Below are positions 48,392 through 58,083 of a DNA stretch of 64,000 bases, one piece after another. Origin of the DNA: an uncultured Spirochaetota bacterium (GTDB taxonomy: Bacteria > Spirochaetota > Brevinematia > Brevinematales > JAOACQ01). The stretch covers positions 32,001 to 96,000 of the forward strand of contig CAWIGG010000006.1 of NCBI GenBank assembly GCA_963835575.1, read 5' to 3'. Within the stretch, counting starts at the first letter, position 1. Every line of letters starts with the position of its first letter. The position numbers and the translations under genes are program-made. The notes under the pieces are model-generated. The model made no database searches. It saw only the letters and a program-made list of their open reading frames with translations, and was not told the DNA's origin.

Positions 48392-49711
48392 ATGCGGGAA
48401 ATATTAGTGAAAAGAAATGCTGTATTATTTTACATTTTATTATCTTTTTTATTAACATCACCGGTCCATTCTTATATCATACATTCAATCAGCATTGTCA
48501 GCAACACAAAAACGAAGAATTCCATAATAGAGCAGGAACTGCTTTTTAAGAAGGGTGACACTTATTCCACTTTAGAGCTTCCGGCCGTCATCAGCAACAG
48601 CGCTCAGAATATTAAAAACCTGGGCATCTTCAGCGAAGTTAAAATAGGTTATATTATAATCTCAAATTCCGCGGCTGATAATGCCGCGGACTGTCCGGTC
48701 GATGTTATAGTCGCGGCCGTTGACAAATGGACTTTGTTCCCGGTCCCCTATTATTTTTATGATAATAAAACCGGGCATATGATCGGATTTCTGATCGAGG
48801 AGGGCAATCTATTCGGCCTGAACCAGCAGCTCGATCTGGAAGGCCAGTATGTGACAGTCCCGGATTTTAAAGACATTGAAATAACTTATGATTATCCCAG
48901 GGTCTCGGGTAGTTATTATAATTTTGAGGTTAAGCTGGCCTATCAGGATTTTCTGGATTCGCATTATGATAATAATACGCTTGATTATCTTTCAAGGACC
49001 GTGGAGTGGGATTTTTATACGAAAGCGGACCGCGTTTTCCCGGTCAGCGGCAGCCGGTGGGATATTTACGGGGATATTACCGTCAATCTTATTACCAATA
49101 AAGTCGGCTTAAACAGCATCAATACCGTTCCGGTAAATAGGACCCTGACGTATCTCGGGATCGGCGCCGGTCAGGGCCTGATCAACAGGGACGGCGGCAC
49201 CGTCTGGGGCGATGATAATTATATCTGGTTCGGCCTGTCACCGCTGGATTCCGGCTGGAAAACGGAATTACAGCACAGTAAGTTCTTCGCCGTTTTTAAT
49301 AAAAGCGTTATCGGATACAGGCTGAGGGCCCGCCTCAGCCCGACCGAGGACTCGCCGCTGGATCTGGATTCGATCAGGGGAATAAAACTGGGGGATGTCA
49401 GGGGAAATTACATTTTTTACGGGAATATAGATTTCCGTATTTATATTCTGACTTTTGACTGGCCGACAAAACTTGAATTTTTTATCCCGCTGTTTTTCGA
49501 TTTCGGCAGCGGCTTCAGGAACGGCGAGGCCGCTGATATTTCAAAAACAATTTATACTATCGGGGCCGGGGTCCGGTTTTATCCCCTGGAACTGGGCGAT
49601 AAAGATTCGGCGTTCAGGTTCGATATCGGCGTTAATATGCCTGACCTTTTAAGCGGGGAAAGTTTCGAGAATTACATTTATATCGCCTTCAGTTTTTCCG
49701 AATATTTTTAA
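48392..49711 (+). CDS. Omp85/BamA-like outer membrane protein with one POTRA domain
   Basis: NTKTK..II..EL.F..GD POTRA, LGIFS, NLFGL, IRG, G.G.RF and C-terminal Phe. Confidence 0.75.
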   Translation: MREILVKRNAVLFYILLSFLLTSPVHSYIIHSISIVSNTKTKNSIIEQELLFKKGDTYSTLELPAVISNSAQNIKNLGIFSEVKIGYIIISNSAADNAADCPVDVIVAAVDKWTLFPVPYYFYDNKTGHMIGFLIEEGNLFGLNQQLDLEGQYVTVPDFKDIEITYDYPRVSGSYYNFEVKLAYQDFLDSHYDNNTLDYLSRTVEWDFYTKADRVFPVSGSRWDIYGDITVNLITNKVGLNSINTVPVNRTLTYLGIGAGQGLINRDGGTVWGDDNYIWFGLSPLDSGWKTELQHSKFFAVFNKSVIGYRLRARLSPTEDSPLDLDSIRGIKLGDVRGNYIFYGNIDFRIYILTFDWPTKLEFFIPLFFDFGSGFRNGEAADISKTIYTIGAGVRFYPLELGDKDSAFRFDIGVNMPDLLSGESFENYIYIAFSFSEYF

Positions 49712-49721
49712 AGGAGGCCGC

Positions 49722-50587
49722 ATGACGCGCTCGACATGGCTGCACCTCAGGATCCCTTTTTCTTTATTTTTAATGCCCGTCTTTCTTCTTTCAATCACGG
49801 CAGCTCATGATATCGATATCTTTAAGCTCATTCTTTCTTTTGTCATTATCCATCTCTTACTTTATCCGGCGTCCAACGGCTTTAATTCGTATTATGACAG
49901 GGACGAGGAAAGCATCGGCGGCCTGAAAAACCCTCCGGCCGTGACAAAAGACCTCCTCCGGGTCTCGCTTCTGTTTGATCTGGCCGCTCTACTGTTCGGT
50001 TTTTTCATCAGCGCGCAGTTTGTCCTGTGTTTATTCATTTACGGCCTCGCCTCGAAGGCCTACAGTCATGATAAAATCCGCTTGAAAAAAAGGCCCATCG
50101 CGGGCTGGCTCGGCACGGGTATTGTCCAGGGCGCCTTTACATTTCTTATGGCATACGGCGCGTTTGATAAAACCGGGTATAATGATCTTTTCAGGCCGGA
50201 AATTATCCAGCTGGCGGCTTTGACAAGCGTTTTTCTGCTGGCTTCCTATCCTATGACACAGGTCTATCAGCACGGCGAGGACGGCCGGCGGGGGACAGGA
50301 CCATATCCCTTGTTTTAGGCATAAAAGGGACTTTTATCTTTACGGCCGTTTTATTCGCCGCCGTGACATTGTGCTTCTTCGCTTATTATTATTTTTTTAA
50401 GGGGCTTTTGCCTGCTTTCATTTTTATCTGCTTTCAACTGCCGGTCATTATTTATTTTTTGTTCTGGCTCAGGCGGGTTTACCGGAATGAGAAAGGGGCC
50501 GATTTTGCATCAGCCATGAAGCTGAATATTATTTCCTCGGCCTCGATGAGTTTATTCTGCGCTGTCCTGTTGATTTTTTTCCGTTAG
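49722..50587 (+). pseudogene. UbiA-family prenyltransferase, frameshifted at G5 run 50290-50294
   Basis: NSYYDRDE and QH.ED motifs; one extra G gives EDGRRGDRTISLVLGIKGTF joined to ORF 50363..50587. Confidence 0.8.
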
Positions 50588-50769
50588 CAGGATATTTAAA
50601 ATTCCCGGCGGATTCTTAACCATGATCATTGACTATCTTTTTTCCTGTGATAAAATATTGGACTTTATAGAATAATTTTGATTATATTTTAATTACTATT
50701 AAGAATAAAGAGCAGATAAATCCGTTTGACGGCTGATATATGAAAACATAAAGAAGAGGATATTTATTT

Positions 50770-51333
50770 ATGAAAGAACTGGTTAAATGCAAATCATGCG
50801 GCTATATTATGGAAAAAGGAAAACTCAAGGATAAATGCCCCGCCTGCGGTGTCCCCGCCGCCATGTTTGAGCCTTATGCGGAAAAGATTTCTTCTCCCCG
50901 GCGGAAATTCATCCTTTCGCTCGACATCCATCCCGTTATCGTGCATTTTCCTCAGGCGTTTACAGTTACTATTCTGGTATTGTCAATAATAGCCGCTTTG
51001 ATAAAAGGCGGCGTACAGGCTTCACTTTTGACGACTGTCGGCGTTCTGTCCTGCTGTCTGCCGCTGGTCGTACTGGGGGCTTTCCTGGCCGGCCTAATGG
51101 ACGGAAAAATCCGCTTCCGGAGGGTAACGACGCCGATCCTGGTCAAAAAGATAATTTTAGCGGGCCTTTTCTTCCTGCTTTCAATCGCCATTCTTTTACT
51201 CAATATATTTTATAAGCTGGATAATCCGGCAGTCCTGTACGCGGTTATAATACTGAGCGCGGGATGCCTGGTTTGCGGCAGTATTTTGGCGAAGTATGGA
51301 GTCAGCCTGCTCGAGGCGAAATTCCCGGGATAA
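50770..51333 (+). CDS. Rubredoxin-like domain fused to DUF2231-like membrane domain
   Basis: CKSCGY...CPACG, HPVIVHFP, 4 TMs. Confidence 0.75.
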   Translation: MKELVKCKSCGYIMEKGKLKDKCPACGVPAAMFEPYAEKISSPRRKFILSLDIHPVIVHFPQAFTVTILVLSIIAALIKGGVQASLLTTVGVLSCCLPLVVLGAFLAGLMDGKIRFRRVTTPILVKKIILAGLFFLLSIAILLLNIFYKLDNPAVLYAVIILSAGCLVCGSILAKYGVSLLEAKFPG

Positions 51334-51346
51334 TGCCAAATAAATA

Positions 51347-51448
51347 GCCACAGAATGACACGGAAACGCACTGAAATATTAATTGGTGTAATAAAAAATT
51401 CTGCCTATGCTTTTTTTTATTTCTGTGTTTTTCCGTGAAACTTGTGGC
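51347..51448. repeat. GxxExxY-associated-type inverted-arm element, empty
   Basis: GCCACAGAATGACACGGAAACGCACTGAAAT ... ATTTCTGTGTTTTTCCGTGAAACTTGTGGC, homologous to 44189-44330. Confidence 0.75.
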
Positions 51449-51497
51449 GAGCCTGCCGAATCCATTCTGAGGCAGAATATTATAAAAGGAGATATAT

Positions 51498-51746
51498 ATG
51501 AAGAATTCCATCACTCTGGGCATCGTTCTATTAATCATCGGGCTCATCGTTGGATATATCATTTTCGGAAAAGTCGCCGGCCAGTATATTTCCATCCTGA
51601 ATCTTCTGGGTTTAAAAACCGATTTCGGGCATAAGGTTTTAAATGCTGTCATAGGCATTGAAACGATCAGGATCAATATACTTCTCTGCGGGGCGGGCGG
51701 GTTTGCGGCCGGGTTTCTACTGGGCACGCTTGGAAAGAAAAGATAG
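51498..51746 (+). CDS. Small two-TM membrane protein
   Basis: AGGAG RBS; two hydrophobic segments. Confidence 0.7.
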   Translation: MKNSITLGIVLLIIGLIVGYIIFGKVAGQYISILNLLGLKTDFGHKVLNAVIGIETIRINILLCGAGGFAAGFLLGTLGKKR

Positions 51747-51795
51747 CGGAGAGCTGTGCTGCTTCGCAGCGCAGCCGTGATCGAGAATGTCCCCG

Positions 51796-51998
51796 GCGAC
51801 CAGACTGTGTAAAAAGAGCGTTCCCTGAGCGCCGCACTGAGTTTATCGAAGTGTGATTTGCCGAAGGCAAATTGTATCGAAGGGGACCCTATGTTATGCT
51901 CCCTTCGATGGTTCTGCAAGCTCACCACGAGTACAAGCGTAAAAGCAGGGAGAACGTACTCAGGGAGCGTTTTTTTACTTTTTACACAGTCTGGTCGC
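51796..51998. repeat. Nested palindromic MITE-like element
   Basis: Outer IR GCGACCAGACTGTGTAAAAA / TTTTTACACAGTCTGGTCGC enclosing CCCTGAG..TCGAAGGG / CCCTTCGA..CTCAGGG. Confidence 0.8.
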
Positions 51999-52278
51999 AT
52001 TCCATAAATACCTGTTTTCAACCATCTGCATACGGCATTTCACCGAGTAAAAGTTAAAGATGTCTTAATGAATGACTAAATCCTATAAAATCCGCCTCAT
52101 CCGTGAAAATCCGCGTGAACAATCGGATATTACAAAAATGCTTCTTCATTTCAAGTCTTTAATTGTTAAATCATGACTTCGTTAATATTTCCGCGGCTGA
52201 TTCCCCGCCGATTCTTGAACTTTATCTTCCATTATAATAAAATAATGCGATATCATAACAGAGGAGAAAAAGCGTTTT

Positions 52279-53178
52279 ATGAAAGTCTTTATGACAGGCG
52301 GTATGGGTTTTATCGGTTCATCAATTGTTATGACGCTGGTCAAAGCCGGGCACGAAGTAACGGTCCTTGCCAGGAACCCGGATAAAATCCCTCTTTTTAA
52401 AAAAACAGAAGGGATCAGGGTCATCAAAGGCGGTATGGAGGATTTGAACATAATTGAGAAAAATCTCCCCGGCCATGACGCCTGCATCCACAACGCCCTT
52501 TACTGGGGTAATTCCGCCGTGGAAATGCTGCAGAAGGACACGTTTTCCTCCGTCTGGCTTTTTGAGAAATCAGCCGGGGCCGGCGTCAAGCGCCTTATTT
52601 ATACTTCATCCACAGCCGCGCTGGGGGATTTCAGGCCTGACATGAACGAGGAGATGAAATCAAAACCCAACAATTATTACTGCGCGACAAAGGCGGCAAG
52701 CGAGGAATACCTTCTGGCGCTTTCTTATCAGCACCCCATGCGCTGCAATATTATCCGCCCCGGTTATACCGTGGGAAATCCCGTTGTCGAGGGCGCGCCG
52801 ATTGAGAACGACTCCCGCTTCCGTGACATTGTGAAAGCCGCGCTGGCTGGAAATGATATCCGCCTGGTCAAACAGGACGGGACGCAGTTTATCTGGGCCG
52901 GCGACCTCGCGCGGATCTATCTGGCTGTCCTGGAATCGAAAGTCAACAGGGAAATCTATTTCGGCCTGGGAAGCGAATGGGTTTCGTGGGAGAGGATAGC
53001 GCAAAAAGCCATAGAGTTTACCGGGTCAAAAAGCAGGATCGTTCTGGAGGACAAAGGATACGGCAAAGATCCTTACCTGTTTGATCTCAGCAAAATAAAG
53101 AAAGAGTTCGGCTTTTCATTTAAATCCTGGGATATCATAACGAAACATCTGGAATATCTGGCGCAGGTTTTAAGGTAA
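52279..53178 (+). CDS. NAD-dependent epimerase/dehydratase
   Basis: TGGMGFIG, YTSS, YCATK (YxxxK). Confidence 0.9.
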   Translation: MKVFMTGGMGFIGSSIVMTLVKAGHEVTVLARNPDKIPLFKKTEGIRVIKGGMEDLNIIEKNLPGHDACIHNALYWGNSAVEMLQKDTFSSVWLFEKSAGAGVKRLIYTSSTAALGDFRPDMNEEMKSKPNNYYCATKAASEEYLLALSYQHPMRCNIIRPGYTVGNPVVEGAPIENDSRFRDIVKAALAGNDIRLVKQDGTQFIWAGDLARIYLAVLESKVNREIYFGLGSEWVSWERIAQKAIEFTGSKSRIVLEDKGYGKDPYLFDLSKIKKEFGFSFKSWDIITKHLEYLAQVLR

Positions 53179-53244
53179 TATGTATAAAATAACTAATAGT
53201 GTAAAAATGAGGCATGGAAAAAAATAAGTTTGCATAAAAAGGTT

Positions 53245-53508
53245 GTCATAGCGAGCATGCCGCTTTGGTGTGCAGACAGATTGCTTCGCGCTATGGTCAG
53301 AAGCGAAGGAGAAGGCATGACGCTCGCAAAGACGCGCTATGAATGGAGAGGGAGTACGAAAGCGTCATTGCGAGGGGATGGATTTCTACTATGACGAAAG
53401 TCATAGTCCGAAGCAATCTGTATGCGCATTTAGGCATGTTTGGTGTGCAGGCAGATTGCCTCGTATTATAAATAATGGCGAGGTTTAATTTCTGTGACTC
53501 GCAATGAC
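53245..53508. repeat. REP-like family E, two tandem units (53245-53333 and 53364-53508)
   Basis: GTCATAGCGAGC..GATTGCTTCGC..GCTCGCAAAGAC; GTCATTGCGAG..CGAAGCAATCTG..CAGATTGCCTCG..CTCGCAATGAC. Confidence 0.82.
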
Positions 53509-53530
53509 AGCTTTGTAACAGGAGAATGTA

Positions 53531-55249
53531 ATGTTAAAACCGCTCGATAAAATATTGGAGGAGATCTTTTTAAAATCTCTCAAGGATAAATTCGCCGGAT
53601 TCAATGACTGGGACAAACTGTTCATTCAAAAAACCAATAATGAGGAATTCGGCGACTATCAGACTAATTTTGCCATGGTCACGGCGAAGTATTTTCAGAA
53701 AAATCCCCGGCAGCTGGCCCTGGAAATTATTGAGGCGGTTGGGAGCCATCCGGAAATCCGGAAACTGGAGACTGCGGGCCCCGGCTTTATCAATATTTTC
53801 CTGGACGATGATTATTTGGGCGAGGTCCTGAGAAAGACAGGCGATGAGAAATACGATTTCTCTTTTATCAGCCGTGAGGGAGATATCATCATCGATTATT
53901 CCTCGCCGAATATCGCCAAGAGGATGCATATCGGCCACCTCAGGAGCACCGTCATCGGCGATTCGATAAAAAGGATTTATTCCTTTCTCGGCTATCATGT
54001 GACCGGCGACAACCATCTCGGGGATTGGGGCACGCAGTTCGGAAAGCTGATAGTCGGGTACCGGAACTGGCTGGACAATGCGGCATATCGGGAAAACCCG
54101 ATAGAGGAACTGGAAAGGATCTATGTGGAGTTTGAGAAGCGCTCTGAAAACAATCCTGAACTTATTGAAAGCGCCCGCGAAGAACTCAAAAAACTGCAGG
54201 ACGGGGAAAAAGAAAACACAAAGCTCTGGAAGGAATTCATCGATGTCTCGATGAAGGAATATGATATTATTTATAAAAGGCTTGACATTACATTCGATAC
54301 TTTTTACGGCGAGTCCTTTTATCATGAAATGATGCCGTCGGTGGTACGGGAGCTTGTTGACAAAGGAATAGCCAAAAAGTCAGAAGAAGCCCTGGTCGTG
54401 TTTTTTGATGAAAAGGAAAACCTGCCGGTCTGCATTATTCAGAAGAAAGACGGCGCGTATCTGTATGCCACTTCTGACCTGGCCTGCCTGAAATACAGAA
54501 GGGAAAACTATAAGCTTAACCGCATCATCTATGTGACGGACGACCGTCAGCAGACGCATTTCCGCCAGTTCTTCCGGATTTCCGAATTACTGGGCTGGGA
54601 TATCAAAAAAGAGCATGTCTGGTTCGGGGTGATGCGTTTTCCGGACGGGATCTTCTCGTCGCGCAAGGGCAATGTGATCAGACTGGAGGACCTTTTAAAC
54701 GAGGCGAAAACCCGCGCCAGGACGATCATCGAGGAAAAAAATCCCGGCCTGCCGGAAGATGAAAAGGACATGGTCGCCGAAGCTGTCGGGACGGGCTCCG
54801 TCAAATATTTTGATCTCAGCCAGAACCGCGCCAGTACGCTTGTATTTGAATGGGACAGGGCTCTTAATTTTGAGGGCAACACAGCGCCCTATCTTCAGTA
54901 CACTTATGCCAGGATCAAATCGATCCTGCGCAAGGCAGAGGAACTGAACAAAGATTTAAAAAATGACGCGAAGATCCTGTTTACCGGAAAGATCGAGCGG
55001 TCGCTTGCTGTTATTCTTTCTCAATTCCCGAATGTAGTCATGAACGCGGCGGAAAATTATACGCCGAATTTTATAGCGGATTATCTTTTTAACCTGGCGC
55101 AGAATTTCAACAGCTTTTATAACTCCATGCCGGTCCTCAAGGAAAAAGATGAAATTTTATATTCCCGGCTTCTTCTGGCCGAAAGGACTTCCAGGATCAT
55201 AAAAGAAGGCCTGAATCTTCTCGGTATTAAAGCGGTGGAAAGGATGTAA
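53531..55249 (+). CDS. argS: Arginine--tRNA ligase
   Basis: GDYQ.N, GPGFIN, DYSSPNIAK.MHIGHLRS, GDWGTQFG, GNTAPYLQY, C-terminal ERM. Confidence 0.97.
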   Translation: MLKPLDKILEEIFLKSLKDKFAGFNDWDKLFIQKTNNEEFGDYQTNFAMVTAKYFQKNPRQLALEIIEAVGSHPEIRKLETAGPGFINIFLDDDYLGEVLRKTGDEKYDFSFISREGDIIIDYSSPNIAKRMHIGHLRSTVIGDSIKRIYSFLGYHVTGDNHLGDWGTQFGKLIVGYRNWLDNAAYRENPIEELERIYVEFEKRSENNPELIESAREELKKLQDGEKENTKLWKEFIDVSMKEYDIIYKRLDITFDTFYGESFYHEMMPSVVRELVDKGIAKKSEEALVVFFDEKENLPVCIIQKKDGAYLYATSDLACLKYRRENYKLNRIIYVTDDRQQTHFRQFFRISELLGWDIKKEHVWFGVMRFPDGIFSSRKGNVIRLEDLLNEAKTRARTIIEEKNPGLPEDEKDMVAEAVGTGSVKYFDLSQNRASTLVFEWDRALNFEGNTAPYLQYTYARIKSILRKAEELNKDLKNDAKILFTGKIERSLAVILSQFPNVVMNAAENYTPNFIADYLFNLAQNFNSFYNSMPVLKEKDEILYSRLLLAERTSRIIKEGLNLLGIKAVERM

Positions 55250-55381
55250 GCGGCAGTTTTAAAAGCAGAGGCAAATCCATACCTTGTTTACAGGGAAAGA
55301 GAACTATGTTATAATCCATAATAGTTTGAGGTTTCAATATTTGAAAAAATATTATTATAATAATAAAAGGAGGGATTATTT

Positions 55382-56263
55382 ATGAAAACAAAAATATTGG
55401 TCATCATTCTACTGCTTCTCTCATGTGTGATGTATGCGAAGAAGCCCAGGATCGCCATTATCACTTTTGAGTACAAAGCCGGTTCCGCAGAGGGCAGTTG
55501 GGCAGTCGGGGACGGCATTTCAGACATGCTGGCAACCGCGCTTTTTAAATCAGGAAAGTTTGACGTTATGGAGCGGGCCAAGATGGAGAGCATGCTGGAA
55601 GAGCAGAAACTCGGGATGACCGGCATGGTCACCCCTGAATCCGCGGCAAAAATGGGCAAGATACTGGGCGTGCAGTTTATTGTAGTCGGCAGCGTCAATC
55701 AATTCGGACAGAAAACAGATAAAACAAAAGCCTTGGGCATCGAGGTCAATACCACAACCGCAAGGGTGGCGACGGATGTCAGGATCATAAATGTGGAAAC
55801 AGGCAGGCTCCTGGGCGCTGAAAGCGGAAAGGGGGAAGAGACTGCCGTAGGCGGATCCATTGAAAACGCCGATCTGCTTCCCACAGACGTCGCATTCGGT
55901 TCCACCGGCTTTGATGAGACCATAATCGGTAAAGCGACAAAGAAATGCGTGGATGATCTTGTGGACCAGTTCGGCAAATCATTCGCCAATCAGACCCTGG
56001 AAGGAAAAATCATGAAAGTATCTGAAGACAAGGTTTATATCAATCTGGGTAAAGATTCCGGAATTGCGGTCGGCCAGGTGTTTGACGTGATGCAGAAGGG
56101 AGAGGAATTGATCGATCCCGATACAGGCGAGAGCCTGGGAAGCGAGGACAAAAAAATCGGTTCTGTAAAAGTTACGGAAGTTAAGGAAAAATTAGCTCTT
56201 GCGGATATTGTCGACGGCAAAGACAAGATCAAACAGAATGACATCGTAGTTCAGAAAAAATAA
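55382..56263 (+). CDS. CsgG/HfaB-family exported protein with FlgT-like C-terminal domain
   Basis: KPRIAI..F, F.VMER......LEEQ, GKILG, R.INVETG; YINLG...G...G..F.V. Confidence 0.8.
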   Translation: MKTKILVIILLLLSCVMYAKKPRIAIITFEYKAGSAEGSWAVGDGISDMLATALFKSGKFDVMERAKMESMLEEQKLGMTGMVTPESAAKMGKILGVQFIVVGSVNQFGQKTDKTKALGIEVNTTTARVATDVRIINVETGRLLGAESGKGEETAVGGSIENADLLPTDVAFGSTGFDETIIGKATKKCVDDLVDQFGKSFANQTLEGKIMKVSEDKVYINLGKDSGIAVGQVFDVMQKGEELIDPDTGESLGSEDKKIGSVKVTEVKEKLALADIVDGKDKIKQNDIVVQKK

Positions 56264-56523
56264 AAAAACAGACCAATTAATTCTTTATCACGAAAGCTGA
56301 TGTTCCCCGGCCGCTGACCAGGGTTTCTCCGGGAGGCAGTGCCGGGGATCATCAGGCCTTTAATTAAACCGCAGGTCAAAGAATAGTCAAAACAAAAATC
56401 TATCTTCTGGATTTGACTTTTGTGTTGATTTTAATTATTTTGAGGTAAAAGACATTAATTTATTATTCATCATAATAAGATTATAGCTATGCCAACTATT
56501 TTATGGAGAAGGAGTAACGAAAT

Positions 56524-56941
56524 GGAACCACAGATTTCACAGACTTGTAGTGAGCTTGCCGAACTATGACACAGATTATAATTTTGTAAATATAAACGGA
56601 AAGCTTGGTTGGTTAGCCCGATGAACCACACTACAAGTCAGTGAAATCATTATGTAATTATGATTATGGAAAAAGAAAAGAAGAGTGATGAGCAAGCATA
56701 TGAAGTTATTGGAACGGCACAGTATACCTGTTAACCAAAACGTAGTACATAAGATGAGAAATGATCCTATAGGTTTTATGGTTTTTGTTTTCAGAAAAAA
56801 TTTAACCGATTCCAGTTAGTATTTTTAGTAAAAAACAGAAAATATATTATTCGCGCAATAATTCTGTATAGATTTTACAGAAAATATCTGTGAAATCAGT
56901 GTAATGGTTCGACTGACGCTCACCACGGCGTCTGTGGTTTC
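56524..56941. repeat. GxxExxY-associated-type inverted-arm element with gene remnant and REP inserts
   Basis: GGAACCACAGATTTCACAGA ... ATCTGTGAAATCAGTGTAA[insert]TCTGTGGTTTC; internal MEKEKKSDEQAYEVIGTA from 56666. Confidence 0.8.
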
Positions 56942-56998
56942 AACTCGTAAAATTGAAATTCCTGAAAACACTTTAAATAATAATACAATGAGGAATTT

Positions 56999-58051
56999 AT
57001 GAAAAACAACTCTTTAAAATTTGTATCTCTGGACGGTTCTCCCTACCAGAGCGCGGGCAAGAAAAGCGAACAGAATATAAAGGACATTGAGCTTTTAGAC
57101 GCTTATTCCAGAACGGTCGTATCGGTGTCAAAAAAAATCAGCGCATCGGTTGTTCATATCAAGGTCGGACAGAACCATAATCATAATCATTCCCAATCGG
57201 CCCGCAATTACGGTGTGCCGGAAGCAGGCGGCAGCGGGTCCGGTTTTATTTTTACTCCGGACGGCTTTATTTTGACCAACAGCCATGTTGTTCATAATGA
57301 AGAGCATATAGAAGTGGTCCTTACAGACGGGCGGCGTTATGAAGCCGGCCCGGTCGGCGACGATCCGGACACGGACCTAGCCGTTATCAGGATTTCAGAG
57401 TCGGGCCTGGACGCGGCCGTTTTCGGGGATTCATCCCGGCTTACGGTCGGACAGCTGGCCGTAGCGGTCGGGAACCCTTACGGCTTTCAAAATACATTGA
57501 CCGCAGGCGTTATCAGCGCGCTCGGCCGCTCTTTTTATTCTTCGAACGGCCGCCTGATAGATAATGTAATACAGACGGACGCCGCGCTCAATCCGGGAAA
57601 TTCCGGCGGGCCTCTTCTGAACTCATTGGGCGAAGTGATCGGCGTGAATACGGCAGTTATTCTTCAGGCGCAGGGTCTCTGCTTTTCCATTCCCAGCAAT
57701 ACGGCGCAGTATGTCGCTTCTTTATTGATGAAGGACGGGAAAATCCGAAGGGGTTATATCGGGATCGGCGGGCAGAATGTGGAACTGCACCGTAAACTCG
57801 CGCATTATTACAAGCTGCCCAGGGACACGGGCTTCCTTGTCATAAATGTGAGGAAAGAAAGTCCCGCCGAAGCGGCCGGTATAATGGAAGGGGATATTAT
57901 TGTGGAGTTTGACGGGAAGCCCATCGGCTCGATGGACGACCTCCACCGCCTTCTGACGGAAGAAAGCATCGGGCATAAAAAAGAGATAACCGTTATCCGC
58001 TTTACTGAAAAAAAGACCATGGAAATCCTGCCCGGTAATCAGCCTGATTGA
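56999..58051 (+). CDS. HtrA/DegQ-like trypsin serine protease with one PDZ domain, no obvious signal peptide
   Basis: GSGSGF, TNSHV, DLAV, IQTDAALNPGNSGGPL; PDZ SPAEAAG. Confidence 0.93.
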   Translation: MKNNSLKFVSLDGSPYQSAGKKSEQNIKDIELLDAYSRTVVSVSKKISASVVHIKVGQNHNHNHSQSARNYGVPEAGGSGSGFIFTPDGFILTNSHVVHNEEHIEVVLTDGRRYEAGPVGDDPDTDLAVIRISESGLDAAVFGDSSRLTVGQLAVAVGNPYGFQNTLTAGVISALGRSFYSSNGRLIDNVIQTDAALNPGNSGGPLLNSLGEVIGVNTAVILQAQGLCFSIPSNTAQYVASLLMKDGKIRRGYIGIGGQNVELHRKLAHYYKLPRDTGFLVINVRKESPAEAAGIMEGDIIVEFDGKPIGSMDDLHRLLTEESIGHKKEITVIRFTEKKTMEILPGNQPD

Positions 58052-58083
58052 CGGCCAAAAAGATTAAATTGGAATAAGGAAAC

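Noticed and set aside
51302..52057. ORFs 51302..52021 (-), 51673..51870 (-) and 51872..52057 (+)
   Set aside because: They run across repeat elements or antisense to real genes and have no recognisable motifs.
53180..53530. T-box leader upstream of argS
   Set aside because: No T-box consensus or specifier-loop motifs seen; the structure is explained by family E repeats also found at 42639.
55382..56263. Curli secretion system
   Set aside because: Only a CsgG-like gene is present; no csgA/B/E/F neighbours.
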